DNA of 64,000 bases from Myxococcaceae bacterium. GTDB taxonomy: Bacteria; Myxococcota_A; Polyangia; Polyangiales; Ga0077539. Both the position numbers and the translations under genes were made by a program. The stretch is from contig SCUS01000160.1 in assembly GCA_004297725.1 (NCBI GenBank), forward strand, positions 5,615-69,614. Direction: 5' to 3'. The notes beneath the pieces are model-generated. The model did no database searches and was not told the origin of the DNA. It was given only the letters and a program-made list of their open reading frames with translations. Below, piece after piece: positions 55,407 to 64,000 of the stretch (the stretch's first letter is position 1; each line of letters begins with the position of its first letter).

Positions 55407-56363
55407 TCACACCCGCTGGAGCAGCAGCATCACCGCCCACGCCCCCGCGAGGTCGGCGATCCAGCGGCGCGCCCTCGAGGTGTCTGCCCCCGCGCGACGC
55501 AGCGCCCACGCCGCCCCGAGCGAGAGCGCCACGAAGGCCACCTGCCCCAGCTCCACGCCCGCGTTGAAGGACACCAGCGCCGCCGCCGTCGCCCCACCCG
55601 GCAGGCCGATGTCCCGCAGCGCGCTCGCGAAGCCGAGCCCGTGCAAGAGGCCGAAGCCCGCGGCCATCCACCAGGCTCCCTTCGGCGCAGGGCGACCGCG
55701 CGCCACCTCCAGCGCCAGCAGCAGCACGCTCAGCGCCACGCAGGCCTCCACCGGCCTCGACGGGACGCGCACCGCCTCCGTCGCCGCCAGCGCCAGCGTC
55801 ACGCTGTGCCCCACGGTGAAGCCCGTCACGGCCAGGAGGATGCCTCGGAGGGAGGAGATCCAGAGCGCGAGGCAGGCCACGAAGGCCAGGTGGTCGAGGC
55901 CCTCGGCGATGTGCGCCGCGCCCATTCGAAGGTACGACCACGCCACCGCCGAGGTCCTCGCCCTCGGCGCGACCACGAAGCGCCGCTGGTGGTCGTCGAG
56001 CCTGGCCTCGGCGAGCGTCCCGTCCGAGAGGCGCGCCCTCACGAGGAGCTGCACCTCCGAGCCCTCCAGGCCGCGCGCCGTCATCGCCGCGCCGCGCAGC
56101 CCGCGAGGGCAGCGCCACTCCCCGGCGGCCTCCGAGGCGTCGCTCCCCAGGCGCTCGACCATCGGCGCGGAGAGGGCGCACCCGGAGGGCGGAGCAAGCG
56201 TGACGGAGTGTCCCTGCTGCTCGGTCCCGGAGACGCGGAGGGAGACCGAGACGCGGCCGTCGCCCCGCTCGGTGAGCTCGATGAGCCCGAGCGCCAGCGG
56301 GTGCCCCAGCGCCATCGAAGGCAGCAGCGTGAGCAGGAGGAAGAGGAGGGCGGCCCGCCTCAC
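55407..56363 (-). CDS. HupE/UreJ family metal-transport membrane protein
   Basis: GTG complement 56361-56363. Signal peptide, then GAAHIAEGLDHLAFVACL, FTVGHSVTLALA, GLLHGLGFA. Confidence 0.8.
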   Translation of the reverse strand: MRRAALLFLLLTLLPSMALGHPLALGLIELTERGDGRVSVSLRVSGTEQQGHSVTLAPPSGCALSAPMVERLGSDASEAAGEWRCPRGLRGAAMTARGLEGSEVQLLVRARLSDGTLAEARLDDHQRRFVVAPRARTSAVAWSYLRMGAAHIAEGLDHLAFVACLALWISSLRGILLAVTGFTVGHSVTLALAATEAVRVPSRPVEACVALSVLLLALEVARGRPAPKGAWWMAAGFGLLHGLGFASALRDIGLPGGATAAALVSFNAGVELGQVAFVALSLGAAWALRRAGADTSRARRWIADLAGAWAVMLLLQRV

Positions 56364-57190
56364 TCCCGCACCACCCTGTACCCGCCCAGCAGCGCCCTCG
56401 TCGCGGCCTCCACCCGGCGCGTCCGCTCGGCCTCGCGCCACGCTCTCGCCACCGACTCTCGCGCCTCCTCGAAGGGCGCCACGGCCCCCTCGCGCCTCGA
56501 CGTCACCCGCACCAGGTGCTGCCCCAGCGCGCTCTCGATCGGACCGCTCCACGGCCCCACGGGCAGCGCCTCCACCGCCGCCGCGAAGGCCTCGCCGAAG
56601 ACCCCCGCGAGCTCTGCGGTCGTCGCGTCCTCGAAGCGCTCTCCCCGCAGGAAGGGGTCCCCCGGAGCGCCGCTCGACAGCGACCGCGAGGCGTCGGCGG
56701 AGGCCCGGGCTCCCCTTCGGTCGACCGAGAAGAAGCGGTGCTCCAGGTCGACGCGCGCGCTGGTGCGGTAGCGCTCACGGTGGGCCTCGTACCAGGACCG
56801 CAGCGCCGCCTCGGAGGGCGCCCCCGGCTCGGCCTCCGCTTCGAGCAGGTAGGTCTCCTTCTGCACCAGCCGGCGGCGGATGATCCCGTCGCCGCGGTCG
56901 AGCCCTCGCGCCAGGGCGCTGCGGTAGAGCACCTCGTCGCGCACGTGCTCCGCCAGCCTGGCCTCGAACTCCGCGTCCCCGGGCTCCCTGCCCCGCTCCC
57001 TCCACAGGCCCGCGCGCAGCCCGGCGACGAAGTCCCTCGACAGGACGATGTCCCGGCCGCTCGCGGCGGGCGCGCGGGTCGCGGTGCGCCATCGGTCGAG
57101 CGCGAAGAGCGCCGCGCCAAGCACCGCGAAGCGCACCAGCGGGTGAGCCCTCCACACCCGGATCGCCGCGGTTTCCCTTCGCTCCAGCAC
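56360..57190 (-). CDS. Peptidyl-prolyl cis-trans isomerase (PpiC/parvulin-type domain), membrane-anchored
   Basis: TM helix LVRFAVLGAALFAL. C-terminal GEAFAAAVEALPVGPWSGPIESALGQHLVRV resembles a parvulin domain. Start is uncertain (GTG 57190 or 57157). Stop overlaps the hupE start. Confidence 0.6.
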   Translation of the reverse strand: MLERRETAAIRVWRAHPLVRFAVLGAALFALDRWRTATRAPAASGRDIVLSRDFVAGLRAGLWRERGREPGDAEFEARLAEHVRDEVLYRSALARGLDRGDGIIRRRLVQKETYLLEAEAEPGAPSEAALRSWYEAHRERYRTSARVDLEHRFFSVDRRGARASADASRSLSSGAPGDPFLRGERFEDATTAELAGVFGEAFAAAVEALPVGPWSGPIESALGQHLVRVTSRREGAVAPFEEARESVARAWREAERTRRVEAATRALLGGYRVVRE

Positions 57191-57217
57191 CGGCGCGCAC
57201 GCTATGGTGGCCCGGCC

Positions 57218-59233
57218 GTGTCCGACAAGTGGATCGCGCTCTCCGTGTCGGTCGCGCTCGCCGCGTGCGAGTCGAGCACCGCCGCCCCCACCGCCGACGC
57301 GGGCGCGGCCGATGCCGCGAGCGGGGATGTCCCGAGGGTGGTGGTGCGCCCCGACACCCACGTCGCGTGCAGGCGTCGCAACCCGCTGCGGGAGCCCTTC
57401 TTCGGCGACCTGCACGTGCACACCGGGCTCTCCTTCGACGCCGCGAGCTGGGGCACCCGCGCCCGCCCCTCGGACGCCTACCGCTTCGCCCGCGGAGAGA
57501 GCGTGGGCCTCGCTCCCTACGACGCCGAGGGCCGCGCCACCCGCACCGCGCGCCTCACCCGCCCGCTCGACTTCACCGCGGTCACCGACCACTCGGAGTT
57601 TCTCGCGGAGACCGACCTCTGCACCACCCCCGGCTCGGCCCTCTACGACACCCGCACCTGCCGCGAGCAGCGAGAGACCCGCCTCGTGGCCGCCACCGAC
57701 TACGCGCTGCCCCTCTCGTCCCGCATGCCCGCGCGCCCCGCCATCTGCCGCAACGAGAACGCCGAGCTCTGCGCCGCGAGGCTGCGCACCGTCTGGGAGG
57801 AGACCCAGCAGGCCGCCGAGCAGGCCTACGACCGCAGCGACGAGTGCCGCTTCACCAGCTTCGTCGGCTACGAGTGGACCGGCTCACCCGGCGCCAACAA
57901 CCTCCACCGCAACATCATCTTCCGCAACGCCAGCGTCCCCCGGTCGCCCACCAGCTACATCGAGGCCCCGACGCCCGACCAGCTCTGGCGCGCCCTCGAC
58001 CGCGACTGCCTCGCCACCGGGACGCCCTGCGACGCGCTCGCGATCCCGCACAACAGCAACCAGTCCGCGGGGCTGATGTTCGCGCTGACCACCGAAGACG
58101 GCCGCCCCTACGACGCCGCCTTCGCGGCCCGGCGCGCCCGGCTCGAACCCCTGGTCGAGATCTATCAGCACAAGGGCTCGTCGGAGTGCATCCCCGGCGC
58201 CGCGAGCCTGCTCGCCAGCGAGGACGAGGCCTGCCGCTTCGAGCAGCTCACGGGCGTCCCCTGCGTGGCCCCCGGCGACCCGGTGGGGTGCACCCCGCTC
58301 TGCTCCGTGGCGGGAGGCCTCGGGCTCGCCGGAGCCTGCATCGAACCCGCGGACTTCGTTCGCCCCGCCCTGCGCCGAGGGCTCGCGGAGTACCTGCGCA
58401 TCGGGGCCGATCCCTTCCACCTCGGGTTCATCGCCAGCACCGACACCCACAACGCCACGCCGGGCCTGGTGGAGGAGGCCTCGTGGCCCGGCCACGCCGC
58501 GCGAGGCGACGACACCGCCGAGGGAAGGCTTACCCCGGAGGGTATGGGGCGGCCCATCACCATCCGGCTCAACAGCCCCGGAGGGCTCGCGGTGCTCTGG
58601 GCCGAGGAGAACACCCGGGACTCCCTCTTCGGGGCGATGCGCCGACGAGAGGCCTACGCCACCAGCGGCACGCGCGTGGTGGTGCGCTTCTTCGGCGGGT
58701 GGTCGCTGCCGGAGGGCCTCTGCGACGCGAGAGACCTGGCGGAGCAGGGCTATGCGCTGGGGGTTCCGATGGGCTCCGACCTGCCGGCGAGGACAGCGGG
58801 AGCAGGGGCGCCTGCCTTCGTGGTGAGCGCCCTGCGAGACGCCCTGGGGTCGCCGCTGCAGCGCATCGAGATCGTGAAGGGATGGGCCGACGCGAGCGGC
58901 ACCCACGAGCGGGTCTACCGCGTGGACGGCGAGGCCACCGGGGCCACCGTCGACCCGGCGACCTGCGCCACGAGAGGGACCCCGGGCGCGGCGGCGCGCT
59001 GCGGCGTGTGGAGGGATCCGGACTTCGATCCGGCGGCGGCGGCCTTCTGGTACGCGAGGGTGCTGGAAGACCCGACGTGCCGATGGAGCCGACGGCTCTG
59101 CAACGAGCTGCGCGTCGACTGCCCCAGGGTGCCCCAGGGGTCACCGCTGGTGGCCTGCTGCGACGGCTCGCTGCCCGACACGGTGCAGGAGCGCGCGTGG
59201 ACCTCGCCGATCTGGTACCTGCCGCCCCGGTGA
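57218..59233 (+). CDS. DUF3604 domain protein (PHP-like metal-dependent hydrolase fold), lipoprotein
   Basis: GTG 57218 in frame with ORF 56516..59233. LSVSVALAAC lipobox. FFGDLHVHTGLSFDA, DFTAVTDHSE, YEWTG...NNLHRN, AIPHNSN, TDTHN are DUF3604 hallmarks. Confidence 0.8.
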   Translation: MSDKWIALSVSVALAACESSTAAPTADAGAADAASGDVPRVVVRPDTHVACRRRNPLREPFFGDLHVHTGLSFDAASWGTRARPSDAYRFARGESVGLAPYDAEGRATRTARLTRPLDFTAVTDHSEFLAETDLCTTPGSALYDTRTCREQRETRLVAATDYALPLSSRMPARPAICRNENAELCAARLRTVWEETQQAAEQAYDRSDECRFTSFVGYEWTGSPGANNLHRNIIFRNASVPRSPTSYIEAPTPDQLWRALDRDCLATGTPCDALAIPHNSNQSAGLMFALTTEDGRPYDAAFAARRARLEPLVEIYQHKGSSECIPGAASLLASEDEACRFEQLTGVPCVAPGDPVGCTPLCSVAGGLGLAGACIEPADFVRPALRRGLAEYLRIGADPFHLGFIASTDTHNATPGLVEEASWPGHAARGDDTAEGRLTPEGMGRPITIRLNSPGGLAVLWAEENTRDSLFGAMRRREAYATSGTRVVVRFFGGWSLPEGLCDARDLAEQGYALGVPMGSDLPARTAGAGAPAFVVSALRDALGSPLQRIEIVKGWADASGTHERVYRVDGEATGATVDPATCATRGTPGAAARCGVWRDPDFDPAAAAFWYARVLEDPTCRWSRRLCNELRVDCPRVPQGSPLVACCDGSLPDTVQERAWTSPIWYLPPR

Positions 59234-59240
59234 GGCGCTG

Positions 59241-59591
59241 CTACGGCCTCACGAGGGCCCCGGGCCGCTGCGCGTCCTTGCGCTCGTGCGCCAGGCGCCG
59301 GGTCGACAGCCGCTGCGCCGCGCGACCCACCTTCCGGGTGGCCTCGTCGATGGCGGTGTAGAGGTCGTCCGTGGTCGCTTCGGCCACCGCCGAGCGGTGA
59401 TGCCCCAGCGTCGCCACCACGCGGCAGCGCTTGTCGATGCCGCCCCGATCGCCGTTCACGTCGCTCAGCCAGACCTGCACCCGGGTGACGCTGCCGGCCA
59501 CCGGCGCCAGCGCCATCTCCACATGATCACCCACCCGCTGCTCGAGCGCCTCCGTCAGCGCGAAACCGATCGTCCTCGTATCCAGGTTCAT
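59241..59591 (-). CDS. HPF/RaiA family ribosome-associated (hibernation) protein
   Basis: Start at MNLDTRTIGF. V.VWLSDVNGDRGGIDKRCRVV is the S30EA/sigma-54 modulation protein signature. Confidence 0.75.
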   Translation of the reverse strand: MNLDTRTIGFALTEALEQRVGDHVEMALAPVAGSVTRVQVWLSDVNGDRGGIDKRCRVVATLGHHRSAVAEATTDDLYTAIDEATRKVGRAAQRLSTRRLAHERKDAQRPGALVRP

Positions 59592-59694
59592 GGTCCGTGG
59601 CCTCCGTTTCAAAGGCAATCATGGGCACCCCAGGCACTTAGACCATGACAAAGTTTCTACGACACCCATAGGTTTTCCCTATGGCACGCCCCCG

Positions 59695-60582
59695 ATGAAC
59701 CTCAACTACCACCACCTCCATTACTTCTGGGTCGTGGCCCGCAAGGGCAGCATCGTGGCCGCCGCCGCCGAGCTGCGCGTCTCGCAGCCCACGATCAGCC
59801 TCCAGCTCAAGGAGCTCGAGCGCTCTCTCGACCGCAAGCTCCTCGAGCGCTCCGGCCGCAGCCTCACCCTCACCGCCGCCGGGCACGTCGTCTACAGCTA
59901 CGCCAAGGAGATCTTCTCCCTCGGCCAGGCGCTCGTCGACGCCGTCGAGCACCAGCCCGCCGAGCGGGCGCTGCGGCTCTCCGTGGGCATCGTCGACGCG
60001 CTCCCCAAGTCGGTGGTCTACCGGCTGCTCGCCCCGGCGCTGCGCCTCCCTCAGCCGGTGAGGCTGATCTGCCGTGAGGACAAGGGAGAGCGGCTGCTCG
60101 AAGACCTCGCGGCGCGGCGCTTCGACGTGGTGCTCAGCGACAGCCCCATGGGCACGGCGATGCAGCTCCGCGGCTACCACCACCTGCTCGGCGAGTCGGG
60201 CGTCACCTTCTTCGCCACCGAGGCGCTGGCCGAGCGCTACCGCCGGGGCTTCCCCCGCTCGCTCGACGGCGCGCCGATGCTGCTCCCCACCGAGCACACC
60301 GCGATGCGCCGCTCGCTCAACCTCTGGTTCGAGTCGCTGCGCATCCACCCCGTGGTGGTGGCCGAGTTCGACGACGGCGCCACCATGGCCTCCTTCGGAC
60401 GCGCCGGCGTGGGGGTCTTCCCCGCCCCCTCGGTCGTCGCCGAGGAGGTCTGCCACGAGCACGCCGTGGCCGTCGTCGGCCGCTCCGACAAGCTGCGAGA
60501 GCGCTTCTACGCCATCACCACGGAGGCCCAGCTCCAGCACCCCGGCGTCGCGGCCATCCAGCAGGCCGAGCTCTTCTCGTGA
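59695..60582 (+). CDS. LysR family transcriptional regulator (NhaR-like)
   Basis: MNLNYHHLHYFWVVARKGSIVAAAAELRVSQPTISLQLKELE. Confidence 0.88.
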   Translation: MNLNYHHLHYFWVVARKGSIVAAAAELRVSQPTISLQLKELERSLDRKLLERSGRSLTLTAAGHVVYSYAKEIFSLGQALVDAVEHQPAERALRLSVGIVDALPKSVVYRLLAPALRLPQPVRLICREDKGERLLEDLAARRFDVVLSDSPMGTAMQLRGYHHLLGESGVTFFATEALAERYRRGFPRSLDGAPMLLPTEHTAMRRSLNLWFESLRIHPVVVAEFDDGATMASFGRAGVGVFPAPSVVAEEVCHEHAVAVVGRSDKLRERFYAITTEAQLQHPGVAAIQQAELFS

Positions 60583-60641
60583 GCCCCAGTGGGGTGGTCC
60601 TTCTTCACCCACCGTGGGCTGTTACGCTTTCGCACGCTGCC

Positions 60642-61880
60642 ATGCGCGCCACACTCCTCGCCCTCGGGTTGATCCCGCTCGCCTGCTCCCGCTCCCCCCG
60701 CGCGGCGCCGAGGGCGTCGCTGGTCGACCACCCCGCCGTACGCGCCCCTGCCACCGCCGGGGAGGTGACGCTGCCGCCGCCCTTCCACACGCCCTCCGCG
60801 CGCAACCCCGCCGAGGAGGTCGAGCGCCCCCCAGGGACCGCCCCCCGCGTCGCCGGAGGGCTGCGCGTCACCCGCTGGGCGGAGGGCTTCCAGAACGGGC
60901 GCTCGATGGCCCTCGGCCCCGACGGATCGGTCTTCGTCAGCGAGGCGGGCGCGGGGAGGGTGACGGTGCTGCGCGACGACGACCACGACGGCGCCGCCGA
61001 TGGGCGTCGGGAGGTCTTCGCGAGAGGGCTGGAGCTGCCCTTCGGGATCGCGTTTCACCCCGACGGGTGGCTCTACGTGGGGTGCACCGACCGCCTGGTG
61101 CGCTTCCGCGTCGCGGCGGGGCAGCACCTGCCCACGGGCGGTCCGGTGGAGCTCATCGCCCTCCCCGGTCGGGGCTATCGCCAGCACTGGACCCGCAGCG
61201 TGGCCCTGAGCGCCGACGGGTCTCGGGTCTTCGTGGGCGTCGGCAGCGAGACCAACGTGGAGGTCGAGCCCGACCCGCGGCGCGCGGCCGTCCTCGTCGC
61301 CGCCGCCGACGGATCAGGCGCCCGCCCCATGGCCGGCGGGCTGCGCAACCCCGTGGGGCTCGCGGTGCACCCCGACACCGGGGCGCTCTTCACGGTGGTC
61401 AACGAGCGCGACGAGCTCGGCGACGACCTCGTCCCCGACTTCCTCACCGAGGTGCGCGACGGGGCCTTCTACGGCTGGCCCTTCGCGTACTGGGGGCGTC
61501 ATGAAGACCCGCGGAGAGCGGGAGAGCGGCCCGACCTCGTGGCGCGCGCGGTGGTGCCCGACCTGTCGCTGGGCGCGCACGTGGCGCCGGTGGCGATGAT
61601 GTTCCCGGTGCGCGGGGCGGTGGGCGTCCCCCGGGGCGACGCGCTGGTGAGCCTGCACGGCTCGTGGAACCGCTCGGTGCGAGTGGGCTACACCGTCGTC
61701 CGGGTGCGCTTTCGCGAGGGCCGCCCCACGGGGGAGGTCAGCGAGTGGATGAGCGGGTTCCTCTCGCCAGGGGGGCAGGCGTGGGGACGACCCTCGGGGC
61801 TGCTGGAGCTCGGCGACGGCTCGGTGCTGGTGATGGACGACAGCGCCCAGGTGATCTGGCGCGTGGCGCCTGCGACGTAG
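60642..61880 (+). CDS. PQQ-dependent sugar (sorbosone/aldose) dehydrogenase family beta-propeller lipoprotein
   Basis: MRATLLALGLIPLAC. GLELPFGIAFHPDGWLYV, GLRNPVGLAVHPDTGALFTVVNERD.LGDDLVPDFL, GAFYGWPF. Confidence 0.8.
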   Translation: MRATLLALGLIPLACSRSPRAAPRASLVDHPAVRAPATAGEVTLPPPFHTPSARNPAEEVERPPGTAPRVAGGLRVTRWAEGFQNGRSMALGPDGSVFVSEAGAGRVTVLRDDDHDGAADGRREVFARGLELPFGIAFHPDGWLYVGCTDRLVRFRVAAGQHLPTGGPVELIALPGRGYRQHWTRSVALSADGSRVFVGVGSETNVEVEPDPRRAAVLVAAADGSGARPMAGGLRNPVGLAVHPDTGALFTVVNERDELGDDLVPDFLTEVRDGAFYGWPFAYWGRHEDPRRAGERPDLVARAVVPDLSLGAHVAPVAMMFPVRGAVGVPRGDALVSLHGSWNRSVRVGYTVVRVRFREGRPTGEVSEWMSGFLSPGGQAWGRPSGLLELGDGSVLVMDDSAQVIWRVAPAT

Positions 61881-61930
61881 GCGGAGCTACAGACGTCTGT
61901 AGGCGGGGCTACAGACGTCTGTAGGCGGGG
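61877..61930. terminator. Tandem 22-nt units, each containing the 16-bp perfect palindrome CTACAGACGTCTGTAG (putative bidirectional terminator / REP-like)
   Basis: CTACAGACGTCTGTAGGCGGGG occurs twice (61887-61908, 61909-61930), preceded by a partial GTAGGCGGAG. The repeats sit between the convergent stops at 61880 and 61932. Confidence 0.5.
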
Positions 61931-61931
61931 C

Positions 61932-62801
61932 TCAGCTCGCGCCCTGGAGGTGCCGCGCGAAGAACGCCGTCACCCGACGCCACGCGTCCTCCGCCGCCTC
62001 GGGCCGGTAGCTCTGCCCGCTCGGGTTCGCGAAGGCGTGGCCCGCGCCCGGGTACACCTGCACGGTGACGTCCTTGCCCAGCTCGCGCAGGGCGGACTCC
62101 ATCTCGCGCACGCCCGCCATGGGGATGCCCGTGTCGTCCTCGCCGAAGAGCCCGAGCAGCGGCGCGTCGAGCGCCCCGAGCTGCGCCCGGTCGGTCACCA
62201 CCCGCCCGTAGAACATCACCGCCGCGTCGATGCGCGCGGGCATCCGCAGCGCCGTCTGGAGCGACCAGCCGCCGCCGAAGCACCAGCCCACCACGCCCAG
62301 CCGCGGCGCCCCGTGGGAGTCCTGGAGGAAGGCCGTCGCCGCCTCGAGGTTGGTCACCCCGCGGTCGGGCGCCGCCATCACCTCGCCCATCAGCGCGCGG
62401 GCCTGCTCGGGCGTGGTCGCGACGCTCCCGTAGAGGTCGACCGCGAGGGCCTGGTACCCTTCCCCCGCGAGGCGCCGGGTCATCATCCGCACGTTGTCGT
62501 TGAGGCCCCACCACTCGTGGATCACCACCACGCCGGGCAGTCGCTCGCCCGCAGCGGCGTGCGCCGGGCGGGCGTAGTAACCGTGCAGGGGCCGACCGTC
62601 GACGGTGCCGTAGGTGACCTCCTCGGCGCGGACCTCCTGCCGGGGCGGCCGCTCGGCGCCGTTGGCCGTCGGGGTCTCGTGGGCGTGGGCGCGGGACATC
62701 GCGTCGAGGTGGCCCCGGTCCGCGGCGGTGGGAGCTGGGGCGCGGCTGGCGCACGCGGCGAGGGCGAGCGCGGCGACGAGGGCGAGGCGCCGGGTGGTCA
62801 T
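61932..62801 (-). CDS. Dienelactone hydrolase family protein, lipoprotein
   Basis: ATG complement 62799-62801 (MTTRRLALVAALALAAC). VVVIHEWWGLN, GVVGWCFGG (nucleophile Cys), YPGAGHAF. Confidence 0.85.
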   Translation of the reverse strand: MTTRRLALVAALALAACASRAPAPTAADRGHLDAMSRAHAHETPTANGAERPPRQEVRAEEVTYGTVDGRPLHGYYARPAHAAAGERLPGVVVIHEWWGLNDNVRMMTRRLAGEGYQALAVDLYGSVATTPEQARALMGEVMAAPDRGVTNLEAATAFLQDSHGAPRLGVVGWCFGGGWSLQTALRMPARIDAAVMFYGRVVTDRAQLGALDAPLLGLFGEDDTGIPMAGVREMESALRELGKDVTVQVYPGAGHAFANPSGQSYRPEAAEDAWRRVTAFFARHLQGAS

Positions 62802-63138
62802 CGCGGGCTGTGTCGGGGACCACGCCCGAAGCGTCAAGGGACGCGGCGGCGCCGTGAGCCCCCCGTCTCCGCCGCGCCGCGTGCGACGCCGCAACGTGCG
62901 GTGCACCGCCGTCGTAGGCACGCTTGCGCCACACCGGGCGCTCCCTCGCGCGAAGGGTGTGGCGCTCTGCCCTATGAGACCCTCGAGCGCACTCCGCGCT
63001 CCCTGCAATCCAGCGCTGGCATGAAGTGAGTAAGGGGCGGAGGAGAGAGGACCCAGCGCGACCATCGCCCACGAGGGGCATCTTCGCTTCCGAGAGCCTG
63101 CGAGCGCGCCTGACACGAGTCCTCGGGGGAGGCGTCCC

Positions 63139-64000
63139 ATGGAGTCTTCACGGTGGTGGCATCGGTGCTGCGCGGCCCTGCTCGCGCTCCGGCTCACGGC
63201 CTGCGTCGGCTCTGAAGCGCCGCCCCGCGAGGAGGTCCCGCTCCTACCGAGCGAGGATCCCTCCCCGACGCCCTTCGACGTGAGCGCGGTGGTGGCCCAG
63301 GTCCACTTCGCGTTTCGCTCCGTCGGCGACCGCTGGGAGGGCGGCCACTCGACCTACGCGGTCGTGGCCACGCCCGGCGAGGTGGCCGTGACGCCCATCC
63401 ACCGCGCACGCCGCGGGCCCTCGGTGACCTTCGCCGCCGAGCGCCGCGGCCAGGGATCGCTCGGCGACGACGGGCGCCTCTCGCTCACCCGCGGCGAAGG
63501 CCAGGAGCAGCTCCGCAACGCGCCCGCGGGCGTCGAGCAGCAGTGGACCTTCGCGGCCCGACCGGCCGGTCACGGCGACCTCGTCGTGCGGCTGCGGGTG
63601 ACCGGCGCGGCCTACGCGGGCGCGACGGCCACCGGGCTGCACTTCGCCGATCCCCTCACGGGCCTCGGGGTGCGCTACGGCCACGCGACCTGGGTCGACG
63701 CCACCGGCCAGGGCACCCCCGTCCCGGCCCGCTGGGAGCACGGCGCCGTGGTGCTGACCGTCCCCGGCGCGGCGCTCGACGCGGCGTCGTACCCCGCGGT
63801 GCTCGACCCGCTGATCTCCCCGGAGTTCGGCGTCGATGAGCCCGTGCTCGCGCCCGACGTGGTGCTCACCGAGACCGCGGTCGCCTCCAACGGCGACGGC
63901 TACCTCGCGGTCTGGATCGACGGCGGACGGGTGCTCGGCGCCCTCCTCGACGCCCGTGGCGTCCTGCAGGAGCCTGCGGGCTTCCTCCTCGGTCCCGACC
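63139..64000 (+). CDS. Hypothetical lipoprotein, N-terminal part (runs off the window end)
   Basis: ATG 63139 gives MESSRWWHRCCAALLALRLTAC. The frame stays open and GC3-rich to 64000. It is absent from the ORF track because no stop is reached. Confidence 0.6.
   Translation, partial: MESSRWWHRCCAALLALRLTACVGSEAPPREEVPLLPSEDPSPTPFDVSAVVAQVHFAFRSVGDRWEGGHSTYAVVATPGEVAVTPIHRARRGPSVTFAAERRGQGSLGDDGRLSLTRGEGQEQLRNAPAGVEQQWTFAARPAGHGDLVVRLRVTGAAYAGATATGLHFADPLTGLGVRYGHATWVDATGQGTPVPARWEHGAVVLTVPGAALDAASYPAVLDPLISPEFGVDEPVLAPDVVLTETAVASNGDGYLAVWIDGGRVLGALLDARGVLQEPAGFLLGPD

Overview
Very high-GC chromosomal segment, with GC3-rich codon usage in every real gene. It is most consistent with a myxobacterium: it carries a MYXO-CTERM-type sorting tail, many LxxC lipoproteins, Ser/Thr kinase + FHA + sigma-54 EBP signalling, and Asp/Pro-rich secreted linkers. 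I support about 50 CDS. No rRNA, tRNA, CRISPR array, transposase or prophage is visible.

Housekeeping and accessory content:
- GH15 and GH3 glycosidases
- a CzcCBA-type RND metal efflux set
- ribA, aat, murB and modABC
- Hsp20 and HPF
- two LysR regulators
- a PLD-family lipoprotein, DUF3604, HupE/UreJ, a PQQ sugar dehydrogenase and a dienelactone hydrolase

Items most worth follow-up:
1. A membrane-anchored thioredoxin-like gene is split by an in-frame TGA exactly at the first Cys of W-C-G-P-C. A GGUC-loop hairpin follows, so this is probably a selenoprotein.
2. A ~340-540 nt multi-hairpin element is present twice. Differences between the copies sit in loops, and two stem positions differ as compensatory pairs. 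It is a candidate large structured RNA or MITE.
3. An orphan T6SS-derived trio: a TssB-TssC fusion, a lipoprotein and a TagH-like FHA protein, with no other T6SS parts in view.
4. A tightly packed lipoprotein / MBL-fold hydrolase / caspase-TPR / GTP cyclohydrolase II operon sits behind a perfect 71-bp inverted repeat.
5. REP-like tandem palindromes lie at convergent gene ends.
6. Several giant Cys-rich or RCC1 repeat lipoproteins have linkers encoded by perfect DNA tandem repeats.

The many long alternative-frame and antisense ORFs in the track are high-GC artefacts. All functional calls rest on by-eye motif recognition; no searches were run.
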